This document shows, one piece after another, positions 29,388-39,833 of a stretch of 64,000 nt of DNA. The notes under the pieces are model-generated. The model saw nothing but the letters and a program-made list of their open reading frames with translations, was not told the DNA's origin and did not search any database. The first letter of the stretch is position 1, and each line of letters starts with the position of its first letter. This DNA is from an uncultured Desulfosarcina sp. (GTDB lineage Bacteria; Desulfobacterota; Desulfobacteria; Desulfobacterales; Desulfosarcinaceae), in contig CAXXWQ010000001.1 in the NCBI GenBank assembly GCA_963674945.2, forward strand, positions 370,176 through 434,175. Reading direction: 5' to 3'. The translations under genes and the position numbers were made by a program.

Positions 29388-31031
29388 TTGGATAGGTTAC
29401 TTGCATTGAAGAAAAAATCATTAGATAGCATCAACAAAAAAAGCCGGTTGTACGCCAAAGGGTACGCATTCGGCGTGAGTGACGACGGGGTCGAGGGGTT
29501 CATCTATCCGGTCGCGAAAAATACGCGATCCATTTCATTGACCGACATTGCAGAAATTTTAAAATTGCACGGGGTTCAATACGGTATCCTCGAACCAAGT
29601 CTGCTGAAAGAGACCGTGGAGAGAAATCCGATACCGGCCGATTCCTGGGTTATCGCCAAAGGAAAACCAACGGTTCCCGCTGAACCGGCAAAAATCGTGT
29701 ATCACTTCGAGACCGATCCGTTGAAAATCGGCACCCTGAAGGAAACCGGGTTCATGGACTACAAGGATCGGGGGGAGATTCCCCAGGTCAAGGCGGGCAC
29801 CTTACTGGCCGAAAAGATTTTGGGCGCCCCGGGTGAACCGGGCATCAACATCTATGGGGAACCCGTTCCCCAGCCCAAGCCTCCCGACCTGCGGCTCGGC
29901 CACGGAAAGGGCGTCGAATTGTCCGAAGACGGCCTCAAGGCGCTGGCCAGGACCGATGGACGTCCGGTTAAATCCGCAGACGGCAAGGTGCACGTTTTCG
30001 AGGACTTGATCATCGACGGAGACATCGGAATCCGGACCGGTCACGTCCTGTTTGAAGGTCATGTGGAATCGACCGGTATCGTCAATGCCGGGTATAAGGT
30101 CCAATCCGGAAGTTTGCTTACCCGGGAGATCAACAACACCGAGTGCGAAACCGTCGGGAACATCAACGTCTTGGGCGGGGTCAATGGTGCCCAGTTGACA
30201 TGCGGCGGCAACCTCCGTGCCCGCTACATTCATCAATCGACCATTCAGGCCATGGGGGACGTGATCGTGGACCGGGACGTCTCCAATTCCACCATCATTT
30301 CCGGTGGAACGGTGATCGTGGACAACGGCAAGATTTTGACCTCCACGGTGCAGGCCAGAAACGGCATTAAGGCCGCCGGCATCGGCTCCAGATCGTCGGA
30401 GACCTGTGATCTGATCGTTGGCATCGACAAAAGAATCGATGCGGCCGTGTCCGAGATCAAACTGCAGATTTCGGACAGGGCTGCGAAACTGGCCGAACTG
30501 GAGACTCTCGTTGCCGACCATGTGAACCGGTCAAACAAAATCCAGCAGACCATCGCCAGCGCGGCGGAGGTACAGGCGGCGACACAGAACAAGCAGATTC
30601 AATTGGCGGACAAGCTAAAAAGCCTCGGACCGGATGCCAAGACCGACGCCTGGAAGATCAAATCCAAAATGGATATGTTGCGAACGGCGGCAGAGCGCTC
30701 CATCTCGACCATTACCAAGCTGCGGGAGGACCACCAGTCGCTTTTCGAGAAGATCGAGGATCTCCGGGAAGAGGTCGAGGCCGTCAAAAAGCAAATCGAA
30801 CTGTTGGAAGGCGAGCTTGGTCAACTGGACGAGTTTTCCCAAATCAAGGGGGGGGTGTTCGAACGCAACCCCGTGGTCCACTGCCTCGGTATCATCCACG
30901 CCGGAACCTCCATCCGTGGCCCCCATGCGACGTTGGTGATGAAAGATACCGTCCGCCAGGTTAAAATCGTAGAAGTCAAACTGAAAAACAAGAAGGAGAA
31001 ACCCTGGCGCATGGTTGTAAAAAATAAATAG
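29388..31031 (+). CDS. FapA/DUF342 family protein
   Basis: DYKDRG.IPQV..GTLLA, PG..G.NIYG, beta-helix GDIG..TGHV.F.G repeats, C-terminal coiled coil; start uncertain. Confidence 0.8.
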   Translation: MDRLLALKKKSLDSINKKSRLYAKGYAFGVSDDGVEGFIYPVAKNTRSISLTDIAEILKLHGVQYGILEPSLLKETVERNPIPADSWVIAKGKPTVPAEPAKIVYHFETDPLKIGTLKETGFMDYKDRGEIPQVKAGTLLAEKILGAPGEPGINIYGEPVPQPKPPDLRLGHGKGVELSEDGLKALARTDGRPVKSADGKVHVFEDLIIDGDIGIRTGHVLFEGHVESTGIVNAGYKVQSGSLLTREINNTECETVGNINVLGGVNGAQLTCGGNLRARYIHQSTIQAMGDVIVDRDVSNSTIISGGTVIVDNGKILTSTVQARNGIKAAGIGSRSSETCDLIVGIDKRIDAAVSEIKLQISDRAAKLAELETLVADHVNRSNKIQQTIASAAEVQAATQNKQIQLADKLKSLGPDAKTDAWKIKSKMDMLRTAAERSISTITKLREDHQSLFEKIEDLREEVEAVKKQIELLEGELGQLDEFSQIKGGVFERNPVVHCLGIIHAGTSIRGPHATLVMKDTVRQVKIVEVKLKNKKEKPWRMVVKNK

Positions 31032-31361
31032 TCCAGGTTTGACGGTGCCGTAAAACGCTTTTCCAAGTCAAATTTGGTCGCGCAGCCACATGCAGGAACC
31101 GCATTCTTTCATTGCTTCGCCGATGGTCTGACAAGGGGAACCGCTTTTTTTACAAATTCTTTGCTTGTCTTTGCGCAATTCCCTATAAATCCGATATTTT
31201 CGTCTGCGCTTCACCCCTCCTTTCTGCGATGGTTCCTTGTTCCCCAATTCACCCTTCAAACTTCGCGGATCCACTTGACTTTGCCAACGCACTCTTTATT
31301 ATTATCCGGTAAGAACGTTTCCTACCACTGACAATCCAATGCAACCCGTCGAGGTATCCAT

Positions 31362-32768
31362 ATGTTATCCCACCTGGACCCCGTAATTTTGGCACGTATC
31401 CAGTTCGCCTTTACCGTGGCCTATCACATTACCTTTCCGGCGTTCACCATCGGACTGGCCAGTTGGCTTGCCGTGGTCGAATGGCGCTGGATCAAAACCG
31501 GCAACCCTGTCTACGAACAGGTCTACCGCATGTGGGTGAAGATTTTCGCCGTGACCTTCGGCATGGGCGTGGTCAGCGGCGTGGTGCTCAGCTACCAGTT
31601 CGGTACCAACTGGTCGGTTTTTTCCGACAAGGTCGGCAGCGTGCTCGGACCGATTTTGGGCTACGAGGTACTCACCGCCTTCTTTCTGGAGGCCTCCTTT
31701 CTGGGCATCATGCTCTTTGGCTGGAATCGGGTGAGCAAAAAGATGCATTTTGCCGCCACCATCATCGTTGCGGTGGGGACCGTGATTTCCGCTTTCTGGA
31801 TCCTCTCCGCCAACAGCTGGATGCAGACACCGGCCGGTTTTCGCCAGGGGTCGGACGGCCTGCTCTATCCCACCGACTGGATGCAGGTAATTTTCAACCC
31901 GTCCTTTCCCTATCGTTTCATTCACATGGTCACCGCAGCCTATCTGACCACGGCCTTTGTGGTGGGCGGTATCGGCGGGTATTACCTGTGGCGGGGACGA
32001 TTCGTGAAACATGCCCGGGTCATGCTGGGCATGGCCATGATCATGGCCATTTTCGTTGCGCCCATGCAGCTTCTGTTCGGCGATCTGCACGGTTTGAACA
32101 CTTTCGAATACCAGCCGGCAAAGGTGGCGGCCATGGAGGGAATCTGGGACACGGAAAAGGGCGCCGCCCTTCGCCTTTTCGCGTTGCCGGATCAGATTCA
32201 GGAGCGAAACCGTTTGGAGATCGCCATTCCCAGGCTCTCCAGCCTCATCCTCACCCATGATCCCAACGGCGAGGTGAAAGGACTGAAAAGCTGGCCCCGT
32301 AGGGACCGCCCGCCCGTCGCCGTGGTTTTCTGGACCTTTCGCATCATGGTCGGCTTGGGGATGCTGATGATCGCCACCGGCCTGATCGCCCTGGTGCTCT
32401 ATTTTCGCAAGCGGCTCTTTTCCACCCGGTGGTTTCATCTGTGGTGCATGGCCATGACACCCGCCGGTTTTGCGGCCGTTCTGGCCGGATGGTTCGTCAC
32501 CGAGGTGGGCCGGCAGCCCTTCATCGTCCACGACGTGCTGCGCACAGCCGAAACCATCTCTCCGGTGGCCGGCGGCTCCGTCTTCATCTCTTTGATCGTC
32601 TTCGTCCTCACTTACGGCATCGTGTTCACCGCCGGTGCTTACTACATCCTCAAACTCATCGGCAAGGGACCGGACGACACCGAAGACGATACCTATGGCA
32701 GCCACGGCGTCGAAACGCCGCCCCTGGTCACCGATATCGCCGCCCAAACAGGAGGGAAAGATGTTTAA
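31362..32768 (+). CDS. cydA: cytochrome bd ubiquinol oxidase subunit I
   Basis: LARIQFAFT..YH, QFGTNW, ANSWMQTP, QPAKVAAMEG, GWFVTEVGRQP. Confidence 0.96.
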   Translation: MLSHLDPVILARIQFAFTVAYHITFPAFTIGLASWLAVVEWRWIKTGNPVYEQVYRMWVKIFAVTFGMGVVSGVVLSYQFGTNWSVFSDKVGSVLGPILGYEVLTAFFLEASFLGIMLFGWNRVSKKMHFAATIIVAVGTVISAFWILSANSWMQTPAGFRQGSDGLLYPTDWMQVIFNPSFPYRFIHMVTAAYLTTAFVVGGIGGYYLWRGRFVKHARVMLGMAMIMAIFVAPMQLLFGDLHGLNTFEYQPAKVAAMEGIWDTEKGAALRLFALPDQIQERNRLEIAIPRLSSLILTHDPNGEVKGLKSWPRRDRPPVAVVFWTFRIMVGLGMLMIATGLIALVLYFRKRLFSTRWFHLWCMAMTPAGFAAVLAGWFVTEVGRQPFIVHDVLRTAETISPVAGGSVFISLIVFVLTYGIVFTAGAYYILKLIGKGPDDTEDDTYGSHGVETPPLVTDIAAQTGGKDV

Positions 32769-33789
32769 TTTCGATGGTTTTCTGGATCTTCCGTTGGTCT
32801 GGTATTCACTGATCGCCACGGCCATCTTTCTTTATATCCTGCTGGATGGCTTCGATCTGGGTGTCGGCATCCTCTTTCCTTTCGCCCCCACGGACCAGTG
32901 CCGGGATCGCATGATGAACTCCATCGCCCCCTTTTGGGACGGGAACGAGACCTGGCTCGTGCTGGGCGGCGGCGGTCTTTTCGCCGCCTTCCCCCTGGCA
33001 TACGCCATACTCATGCCGGCGTTCTATATTCCCATCATCCTCATGCTGATCGGACTGGTCTTCCGCGGCGTCGCCTTCGAGTTTCGGTTCAAGGCAACCG
33101 GAACATCCAGGCGGATCTGGGATTTCTCCTTTCACTTCGGATCCCTGATGGCCACCTTCATGCAGGGCATGGTGCTGGGAACCTTCGTTCACGGCGTCGC
33201 CGTGGATGGCCGCGATTTCGCAGGCGGTCCCTTGGACTGGCTCAATGCCTTCGGTGTCATGACCGGCGTGGCCCTTATCACCGGCTATTCGCTTCTGGGC
33301 GCCACCTGGACCATCGCCAAGACCGAGGGCGAGACCCAGGCGTGGGCGAGAAAGTGCGCCCGATACGTGATGATCTACGTGGCGATTTTCATGGGGCTGG
33401 TGAGCCTTACCATGCCACTCATGAATGCAGACATCAAAGCGCTGTGGTTCAGCCTGCCCAACTTTTTCTTCCTCCAACCCATGCCCATCCTTTCGGTGGT
33501 CTTCTTCTTCCTGCTCTGGAAAGATCTTCGCACCGTCGAGCGGGAATACCGGCCCTTTTTCCTCACCCTCGGTATCTTTTTGATGAATTATATCGGCATC
33601 GGGGTGAGTACCTGGCCGTGGCTGGTGCCTTTCAAGGTGTCCATCTGGGATGCCGCCGCCGCACCCGAGTCCCAGTCCCTGCTGCTTTTGGGAACCGCGT
33701 TTCTTTTGCCCTGCGTCCTGGCATATACGGCTTACTGCTTCTACGTGTTTCGTGGAAAGGCGTCCCATGAGCACGAAGGAGCCTATTGA
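32761..33789 (+). CDS. cydB: cytochrome bd ubiquinol oxidase subunit II
   Basis: LDGFDLGVG, PFWDGNETWLV.GGG.LFAAFP, RGVAFEFR; GGAGGG RBS. Confidence 0.96.
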   Translation: MFNFDGFLDLPLVWYSLIATAIFLYILLDGFDLGVGILFPFAPTDQCRDRMMNSIAPFWDGNETWLVLGGGGLFAAFPLAYAILMPAFYIPIILMLIGLVFRGVAFEFRFKATGTSRRIWDFSFHFGSLMATFMQGMVLGTFVHGVAVDGRDFAGGPLDWLNAFGVMTGVALITGYSLLGATWTIAKTEGETQAWARKCARYVMIYVAIFMGLVSLTMPLMNADIKALWFSLPNFFFLQPMPILSVVFFFLLWKDLRTVEREYRPFFLTLGIFLMNYIGIGVSTWPWLVPFKVSIWDAAAAPESQSLLLLGTAFLLPCVLAYTAYCFYVFRGKASHEHEGAY

Positions 33790-33916
33790 ACCTTCCCCGA
33801 ACAGCAACAGGCGGCTTCGCCAGTGGCTCTGGTTCATCGGACTGGCCTTGGCCGGGATGGCGGCCATGCTGGTTGTCGCCGGTTCGGTCCGGCTGATGCT
33901 CAGGGCGTTTGCTTGA
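33767..33916 (+). CDS. small membrane protein, DUF2474-like bd oxidase accessory subunit
   Basis: 49 aa, RRLRQWLWFIGL...single TM, overlaps the cydB end. Confidence 0.6.
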   Translation: MSTKEPIEPSPNSNRRLRQWLWFIGLALAGMAAMLVVAGSVRLMLRAFA

Positions 33917-34024
33917 TCTTTCGTTTCTCTTTGCCGCGTTCGAATCCATTTTATGAAAGAACAAACGATCGGCGGTCGGATACGAAGCACCAAATTTTGC
34001 TTTGACCGGTTCTTGTATGAAAAC

Positions 34025-34050
34025 AAAGGGAGGCGCCCCGCCTCCCTTTT
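34025..34050 (+). terminator. intrinsic terminator after the cyd operon
   Basis: AAAGGGAGGCG-ccc-CGCCTCCCTTTT. Confidence 0.65.
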
Positions 34051-34123
34051 CGCTCCGATTATCGACTTCTTTCATCGCAACCGATTCATGTGTCTTACAC
34101 GCGTCATTTTGTAAAAGGTATTC

Positions 34124-34942
34124 ATGATGGTTGAATTCATCCAACAATTTAATCCCGTTGTTCAGGCGTTTATCGCGACACTTTTTACTTGGGGCGTAAC
34201 GGCAGCCGGTGCGGCTCTTGTCTTTATCACCAGTACCGTTGACCAAAAGCTTCTGGATTCAATGCTCGGATTCGCGGCAGGCGTTATGATTGCCGCGAGC
34301 TTCTGGTCATTGCTCTCACCCGGCATCGAGATGGCGGAACAATTGGGACAGGTCCCATGGTTGACAGCGGTTTTCGGATTCATGGCCGGTGGAATTTTTA
34401 TGCGAATTACGGACAGGCTTCTTCCCCATCTTCATCCCGGACTGAGCATCGATAAAAGCGAAGGAATAAAGACGTCTTGGCAACGAAGCACCCTTCTCGT
34501 ACTTGCCATCACTCTCCACAATATACCGGAGGGCCTTGCTGTCGGCGTTGCTTTCGGTGCGGTGGCGGCAAACCTCCCCTCTGCGACAATTGGTGGCGCA
34601 ATTGCCCTGGCAATTGGCATTGGAATCCAAAACTTCCCCGAGGGCACCGCAGTATCGGTTCCCTTGAGAAGAGAGGGGATGACAAAGGGCAAAAGCTTTT
34701 TCATGGGGCAGGCTTCAGGAATGGTAGAGCCGGTTGCCGGCGCTATCGGCGCATTGTTCGTTTTAAAAATGCAAAATGTTCTGCCTTATGCGCTATGTTT
34801 TGCGGCTGGCGCAATGATTTTCGTCGTTGTTGAGGAACTCATTCCCGAGTCACAAAGAAAAGTGGAAAACATCGACACGGTAACAATGACAACGATGGTG
34901 GGATTTTCCGTGATGATGCTCCTCGATGTGGCTTTGGGATAA
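34124..34942 (+). CDS. ZIP family (GufA/ZupT-like) metal transporter
   Basis: LHNIPEGLAVGV, IQNFPEG, HLH loop, EELIPE. Confidence 0.93.
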   Translation: MMVEFIQQFNPVVQAFIATLFTWGVTAAGAALVFITSTVDQKLLDSMLGFAAGVMIAASFWSLLSPGIEMAEQLGQVPWLTAVFGFMAGGIFMRITDRLLPHLHPGLSIDKSEGIKTSWQRSTLLVLAITLHNIPEGLAVGVAFGAVAANLPSATIGGAIALAIGIGIQNFPEGTAVSVPLRREGMTKGKSFFMGQASGMVEPVAGAIGALFVLKMQNVLPYALCFAAGAMIFVVVEELIPESQRKVENIDTVTMTTMVGFSVMMLLDVALG

Positions 34943-35034
34943 ATCGAATTCTTATCCCAAAGCAATTAAGAGCTCTGAAAGGAAGAAGACTGGTTGTCCG
35001 AAGCCGTGCAGGTGGCAGGTGAACAAAAGGGCAT

Positions 35035-35061
35035 TTAAGGTTTTTTGCAATCGGCCGATTA
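35035..35061 (+). promoter_or_regulatory. probable sigma28 (FliA) promoter of the MCP gene
   Basis: TTAA-N15-GCCGATTA. Confidence 0.5.
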
Positions 35062-35175
35062 AATGTCGTCAGAGTACACCGACGGGCAAGGTGGGTATGT
35101 AATGTTCGATATGATCCGGCGAATCGGAAGCCTGTAGGTTATTGTTATTTCGATTACGTTTCGGAGATTATCGTC

Positions 35176-36687
35176 ATGTTTACCAAATTACGTCTGAAGA
35201 CAAAATTACTGTTCGCTTTTCTGTGTGTCGGCATCCTCCCTTTTGCCGTAATGGCCATCGTGGCCCTGCACAAAGCCGACGCAGCCCTTGAAAACCAGGC
35301 CTTTTCCCAGATGCAAAGCATGCGGAACGTGAAGAAAGATCAGGTGGTAGATTACCTTCAGACCATCAAAGATCAAGCGATCACTTTCTCGGAAAACCGC
35401 ATGATTGTTTCCGCCATGGACGGATTCTCAAAATCGTTTGAGACGTTTATGGACGAAAATGAATTGAACGACCAGAAGATTACAGGTTTGCGTGACAAAC
35501 TGGCGACCTATTATACTCAGGATTTCAGCTCCTCCTACCGGGAACAAAACGACGGGAAATCGCCGGATGTCAATTCAATTGTCGGGAAAATCGACAGCAG
35601 CACCGTAGCCCTGCAGTACCACTATATCAAGGCCAATCCCAACCCCCTGGGCGCCAAAGATACGCTGGATCGTGCAGACGACAGATCCACCTATAGCCGG
35701 CTTCATGGGCGATACCATCCCATTATTCGAAGTTTTTTACAAAAATTCGGCTACTATGACATCTTCCTGGTAGACGCGGAGACCGGGAAAATTGTCTACT
35801 CGGTATTCAAGGAGCTTGATTTTGCAACTTCATTGATCGACGGGCCCTACGCCAGGACCAATTTTGGACAGCTATTCCGTAACGCCAATGCCGCCGAATC
35901 GGCCGATACGGTGGTCTTTGCCGATTTCAAACAATATTTCCCTTCCTACGAAGCGCCGGCCGGTTTCGTGGCCTCACCCATATTCAGCGGAGGACAGAAA
36001 ATCGGGGTCCTCATGTTCCAGTTTCCCATAGACACCTTGAATAAGATCATGTCTGAAAGGGCCGGCATGGGAGAAAGCGGCGAGACCTATCTGGTGGGCC
36101 ATGATCTGCTGATGCGGTCGGATTCCTATCTGGACCCGGAAAATCATTCCGTGGCAACCTCCTTTCGTCATCCTGAAAAAGGCAAGGTGAATACCGCCGC
36201 CACTGCGGCGGCATTGGACGGTAAGACGGAAGAGAAAATCATCATCGATTACAACGGCAACCCTGTTCTTTCCGCCTACACCCCCATTGCGTTCGAAGGG
36301 CTGCAATGGGTCTTGCTGGCCGAAATCGACGAAGCCGAGGCGTTTGCGGCGGTGAAGTCCCTTCAATGGGTTGCCCTCATCGTCGCCTTCATCGGCATTG
36401 CCGCGATTGTTGTCGTGGCGCTGTTATTGACCCGGGCCATCGTACGCCCGGTGCTAGGTGTGGTCGCCAACCTCACCGATCTGGCTGAGGGGGAGGGTGA
36501 TCTAACCACTCGTCTACCGGTTACCGCCGAGGACGAAATCGGTGAGTTGGCCCGGCGCTTCAATGAATTTATGGACAAATTGCACGCCATGATCAGGGAA
36601 ATCTCCAAAGGGGTCGAAACTCTGACCGCTTCTTCCACCGAATTGTCGGCGATTTCCCAACAAATTGTGCCCTATCACCTGGTATGA
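35176..36687 (+). pseudogene. methyl-accepting chemotaxis protein truncated by prophage insertion
   Basis: TM-Cache-TM-HAMP (EGDLT.RL...DEIGELA..FN.F) and the start of the methylation helix, then an abrupt stop after a short out-of-pattern tail; no signalling domain. Confidence 0.85.
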
Positions 36688-37064
36688 AACCAATGGGATT
36701 GGCCGGGATTTGATGTGATGTGGTGGGATGTGTCGTGATTTTGGTTGGTTGTGATTGGACTGGATCGGATAACGGCGTTACAGTCGGTTTGAAACCAAAA
36801 TGGAAATTTCGGGTGGATTTGACGGCTGGTTTAAAACCATGTGATATCTACGACAGGTGTTTGAAATAGATATGAAGGCGCGTTGATTAATGATTTAAGC
36901 CAGATTTAAAAGTTGTTTTCAGAAACAGTAAAATGAAAAAAGTCGGAAATGAACGGAAATGGGTAAAAAATTATATAAAAATAGATTTTATTAATTATTT
37001 CGGTTGGTAATAAAAACAGCAGATTTTTGAAAGTCGGAAATGAGTTTGACGTATTTTTGGTAAC

Positions 37065-37457
37065 CTAATTGCCGTTGGAGTATTCCGGCTTTGCCCATCC
37101 GCTACCAATAACGATCATGGCGGCAAACGTTTTAACTTCTTGGTTTGAAAACAGCATGATATTTTTACCGTCATCAGGGTCCCTCTTAAAAACCTTATCG
37201 AGCGAATTTGCTAATTCTATGGCATACGGCTTGTAATCATCAGGCTCATTAAACCTTGATGTCAAGTCGTCATTTAATAATCCTGCTTTAGCATATGCGG
37301 CAAGAAAATTAGCACATGTCGCCATTTTATTTGCATAGGTGGCCTTTTGCCATTCAAGTGCATTCGCTTCAAATAATGTTCCGCCCTCGTACCACTCGCC
37401 ACAAAAAACGCACGTCGGAAATAATATTAAAAGAAGCATAAATATTGTTTTTTTCAT
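37065..37457 (-). CDS. secreted hypothetical protein (prophage cargo)
   Basis: Signal-peptide-like N-terminus, AT-rich, GAGGG RBS. Confidence 0.7.
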   Translation of the reverse strand: MKKTIFMLLLILFPTCVFCGEWYEGGTLFEANALEWQKATYANKMATCANFLAAYAKAGLLNDDLTSRFNEPDDYKPYAIELANSLDKVFKRDPDDGKNIMLFSNQEVKTFAAMIVIGSGWAKPEYSNGN

Positions 37458-37780
37458 TTAAGCCTTCCCCTCTTTTTTATACATCCTCAAAAAAGTTTGG
37501 CCATTCCTTGGGATGGAATAAATACATCTTCTCCGTCATACTGTTGTGCGCCGCAAAGCAGTGGAAATTTGGACATAGTAAATCCAGGGGTTGATGGACC
37601 GCCGATGTAGATGTGTTCGATATGACCCCAAGCACGCAAATCAGAAGGAATCAACTTGGCGTCATCTTTTATTTTCATTTTTAAATAAAGCACATTTGAC
37701 CAACCATATTTTTCACAGCGATAATCATAATATGAATCCTTGTCGCATGACATTTTTGAAACATATTCAATATATTCAAT

Positions 37781-39186
37781 CACTCTTGTCCAAGAACCGA
37801 TTTGAACAGAAGTAATTCGATAAGCACTTGAAAAAAAGCCTCCTTGTAAGGCATGGTTTAATCGCCAAAAGAAACCGTTAGCCAAACAAAGGAGGCAGAC
37901 AGATGGTACGCCATGCAAGCTTGTTCAGTCAACTGGTTGCTTTGTTTCATCGAGGTCAATTTTTCAATCTGGTTTTTCGTCATCAAGCTGAACGTTACGC
38001 AAAAGGCTTCAGCAGTTGGGACCATTTTGTAGCCATGCTTTTTTGTCAACTGGCTCAAGCCAAGAGTCTGCGTGAAATTTGTGGCGGATTATCCTGTTGC
38101 CTTGGCAAACTCCGTCACCTTGGGGTGAAAAAGGCGCCGAACAAATCCACGTTGTCCTATGCCAATGCCCATCGGCCCTGGCAAATGTATCGCGACCTTT
38201 TTTACCAGACACTTGATGTGTGCAAGATGACAGGTCCAGGCAAACATCGGTTCCGATTTAAAAATAAGTTGCTGTCGCTGGACAGTTCAACCATTTCGCT
38301 GTGTTTGTCGCTTTTTCCGTGGGCAAAATTCCGCCAGACCAAGGGGGCCGTTAAACTTCACTTGCTATTGGATCATGACGGGTATCTGCCGACCTATGCT
38401 TATATCTCCAACGGCAAAAAGCATGATGTCACCATTGCCCGTAAGATTCCTCTGTCACCCCAATCGATCGTCGCCATGGATCGGGGGTATAATGATTATC
38501 GGCTATTTGCTTACTGGACGGAAAATCAGATCTATTTTGTCACCCGTTTAAAGGACAATGCCGATTACACGGTGATTGAACAACGACAGGTCCCTTTCAA
38601 TAGAAACATCCTGTCCGACGAATTGATCCAGTTCAACGGTCACTACGCTCGTAAGAATTGTCCCCACACGCTACGAAAGGTAACCGTTTGGGATAAAGAA
38701 CAGGATCGTGAAATCGTATTGCTGACCAATCATCTGGAATTTGGGGCCACCACAATATCCGCCATTTACAAAGATCGATGGCAAATAGAATTGTTCTTCA
38801 AGGCACTCAAACAGAATCTGAAGGTGAAAACCTTTGTTGGAACCAGCGAGAATGCGCTGTATATCCAGATTTGGACAGCATTAATTGCCATGCTGCTAAT
38901 CAAGTACCTGAAGTTTAAGTCCCGATTCAATTGGTCGTTGTCAAATCTGGTTGCTTTTCTCAGATGGAATCTTTTTACTTACAGGGATTTATGGGAATGG
39001 ATTGACAAACCATTCGATGTTCTCCCCGGAATGATTCAGCATGTCCAATATCAACTTCCATTTAAAGGAATTGGACAGCACAAGTTGAAAATGGGAACCT
39101 GATCTTGAAGTTTGCGGTTTATACCGCCTAAACAATTGAAATTTCAAAGAGCAATTAAGAATTTCTATTTATTTTGGACAGCAGTG
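37781..39186 (+). mobile_element. IS4-family insertion sequence
   Basis: Imperfect TIRs CACTctTGTCCAA / CACTgcTGTCCAA; flanking 9-bp direct repeat ATATTCAAT. Confidence 0.9.
37903..39102 (+). CDS. IS4 family transposase
   Basis: LDSS, MDRGY, Y..RWQIELFFK (YREK) DDE motifs. Confidence 0.95.
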   Translation: MVRHASLFSQLVALFHRGQFFNLVFRHQAERYAKGFSSWDHFVAMLFCQLAQAKSLREICGGLSCCLGKLRHLGVKKAPNKSTLSYANAHRPWQMYRDLFYQTLDVCKMTGPGKHRFRFKNKLLSLDSSTISLCLSLFPWAKFRQTKGAVKLHLLLDHDGYLPTYAYISNGKKHDVTIARKIPLSPQSIVAMDRGYNDYRLFAYWTENQIYFVTRLKDNADYTVIEQRQVPFNRNILSDELIQFNGHYARKNCPHTLRKVTVWDKEQDREIVLLTNHLEFGATTISAIYKDRWQIELFFKALKQNLKVKTFVGTSENALYIQIWTALIAMLLIKYLKFKSRFNWSLSNLVAFLRWNLFTYRDLWEWIDKPFDVLPGMIQHVQYQLPFKGIGQHKLKMGT

Positions 39187-39438
39187 ATATTCAATATCAT
39201 CGAGATATTTTTGTTTTAATGGTTGGCACGTCATAAAAAATTCAAAAACGGCTATGCGCAGAATTTCTTGTTCTCCCTTGTTTATAGCTGTATTCATTTT
39301 TATGTGAACTGTTCTTTCAAGGGGTTTTGCTTTCTGTTCGTTCGAATAATCATTAGAGCATCCTGCCAACATTAATAAAGACAATATTGAGAAAATAATT
39401 TTATTCATCAGAAAATTCCTTCATTTTAAATACACTGC

Positions 39439-39813
39439 TCAAATACCAAAACAGGTTTCGGGTTCATTCCTTGGAGCGAAAATCCTGACGAGGGCGCATC
39501 GGTGATCGAACGGATATATAATCCCGACGCGGAGCAAACCTTCAAATTTAAAATGCAAAGTGGATATGAGTCTTGTATCTATTGTCTTGCATACCGCATC
39601 GAGTATTTTTTTCGGCCTGTCAATATCAGTAAAATCATGTAAATAACAACCAGCCAGATATTTGATTCCCACGGTTTTCGGGAAGTTGCCATAGGTTGTG
39701 ACATGCCCAATATAGCCTGATAGATGGACAACCATCTCCAAATACCCATCGTGAAATTTTCTATCGCTGACGCGCTGATCACGACGGGGCGGCTCAATAG
39801 AACTCTGTTTCAT
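39439..39813 (-). CDS. hypothetical phage protein
   Basis: 124-aa ORF in the leftward repressor operon. Confidence 0.55.
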   Translation of the reverse strand: MKQSSIEPPRRDQRVSDRKFHDGYLEMVVHLSGYIGHVTTYGNFPKTVGIKYLAGCYLHDFTDIDRPKKILDAVCKTIDTRLISTLHFKFEGLLRVGIIYPFDHRCALVRIFAPRNEPETCFGI

Positions 39814-39833
39814 TCTCTGGTGCCCGTCAGCCT

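Larger units (their letters stand above)
37487..39408 (-). pseudogene. prophage lipoprotein gene split by IS4 (39408-39187 + 37771-37487)
   Basis: LAGC lipobox; removing the IS and one 9-bp duplicate restores a 168-aa frame. Confidence 0.8.

Noticed and set aside
31365..34026. 486-aa and 406-aa minus-strand ORFs
   Set aside because: Antisense shadows of cydA and cydB.
34960..35170. c-di-GMP riboswitch upstream of the MCP
   Set aside because: No GEMM-type GGCAAA/GNRA/receptor arrangement could be identified; a sigma28-like promoter explains the region.
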